DNA of 63,662 nt, the filler included, from Nemertoderma westbladi (taxonomy: Eukaryota > Animalia > Xenacoelomorpha): NCBI GenBank assembly GCA_032718475.1. It is 4 parts of 4 records of this genome, joined end to end, with 100 filler letters (N's around TTAATTAATTAA, not from the genome) between each part and the next. Parts side by side here need not be neighbours in the genome. Positions count along the whole stretch, not along the records: positions 53,814 to 63,662 come from JAUCBJ010003774.1; 3 more parts are not named here. One strand, 5' to 3'. Shown here piece after piece: positions 63,284 to 63,662 of the stretch. Below the pieces are notes generated by a model, which ran no database searches, was not told the DNA's origin, and saw only the letters and a list, made by a program, of their open reading frames with translations. The position numbers and the translations under genes were made by a program. How positions within the stretch are numbered: the stretch's first letter is position 1; each line of letters starts with the position of its first letter.

Positions 63284-63662
63284 AGATGTGGGACCCTTGA
63301 TGGCCGCCACATAGCTTTACTGTATTTTAGTGATTTAGTATTTTGTATTACTGTATGTGCATTTGTATTCCTCTTCACTGTAGATAGAGACAGCGGTGGA
63401 ATTCCGTTGTCTTTATATGTGAACATGGAGGGTAGTACCCTTATGTATCACATAGGAGCGGGATTGTGTGTACAGTAGGAATGGAATTCCACTTGGAACC
63501 CACAAGTGAGACAATTTTTCAAAAATTATTAGACAAATCCATTTGGTTGGATTTAAATTTAAGAAAAATGATTCTCCAGTGAATGCGAATTCTAGGATAC
63601 AGCTAGATAAAAATTAAATTTGGGGAGGACAAGAGCGGATGGAAGGCTTGCGAGCCTACCGG

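Overview
AT-rich, intron-containing animal (invertebrate-like) genomic DNA with three artificial 100-bp gap linkers. One host gene is clear: a two-exon YTHDF m6A reader (29507-30370 + 37511-38254, about 535 aa, 7.1-kb intron). Almost everything else is transposon-derived. (1) An IS3EU-type DD34E DNA transposon (11926-16675) carries a convergent mini-ORF ending in a HECT E3-ligase C-lobe-like motif and hosts a nested 1-kb P-element derivative with a perfect 8-bp TSD. (2) A young RTE LINE with a 14-bp TSD sits in a 52-bp satellite. (3) There are a DD41D Tc1/mariner, a Sola2-like transposase with one nonsense codon, a foldback element, CR1-group LINE fragments, tRNA-derived SINEs and MITEs. (4) A BEL/Pao LTR element has Gag, protease and integrase but no recognisable RT/RNase H, plus a tRNA-like box A/B in its putative LTR. 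A second, gap-truncated BEL-like element has a tandemly duplicated leader showing compensatory base changes. Across the window TAGGCCTA, TACCGGTA, TAC(A/T)GTA and TAC(G/C)GTA are abundant, and sibling-copy comparison shows some are insertions at TA sites, like excision footprints. All family assignments come from motif recognition by eye; no searches were run.
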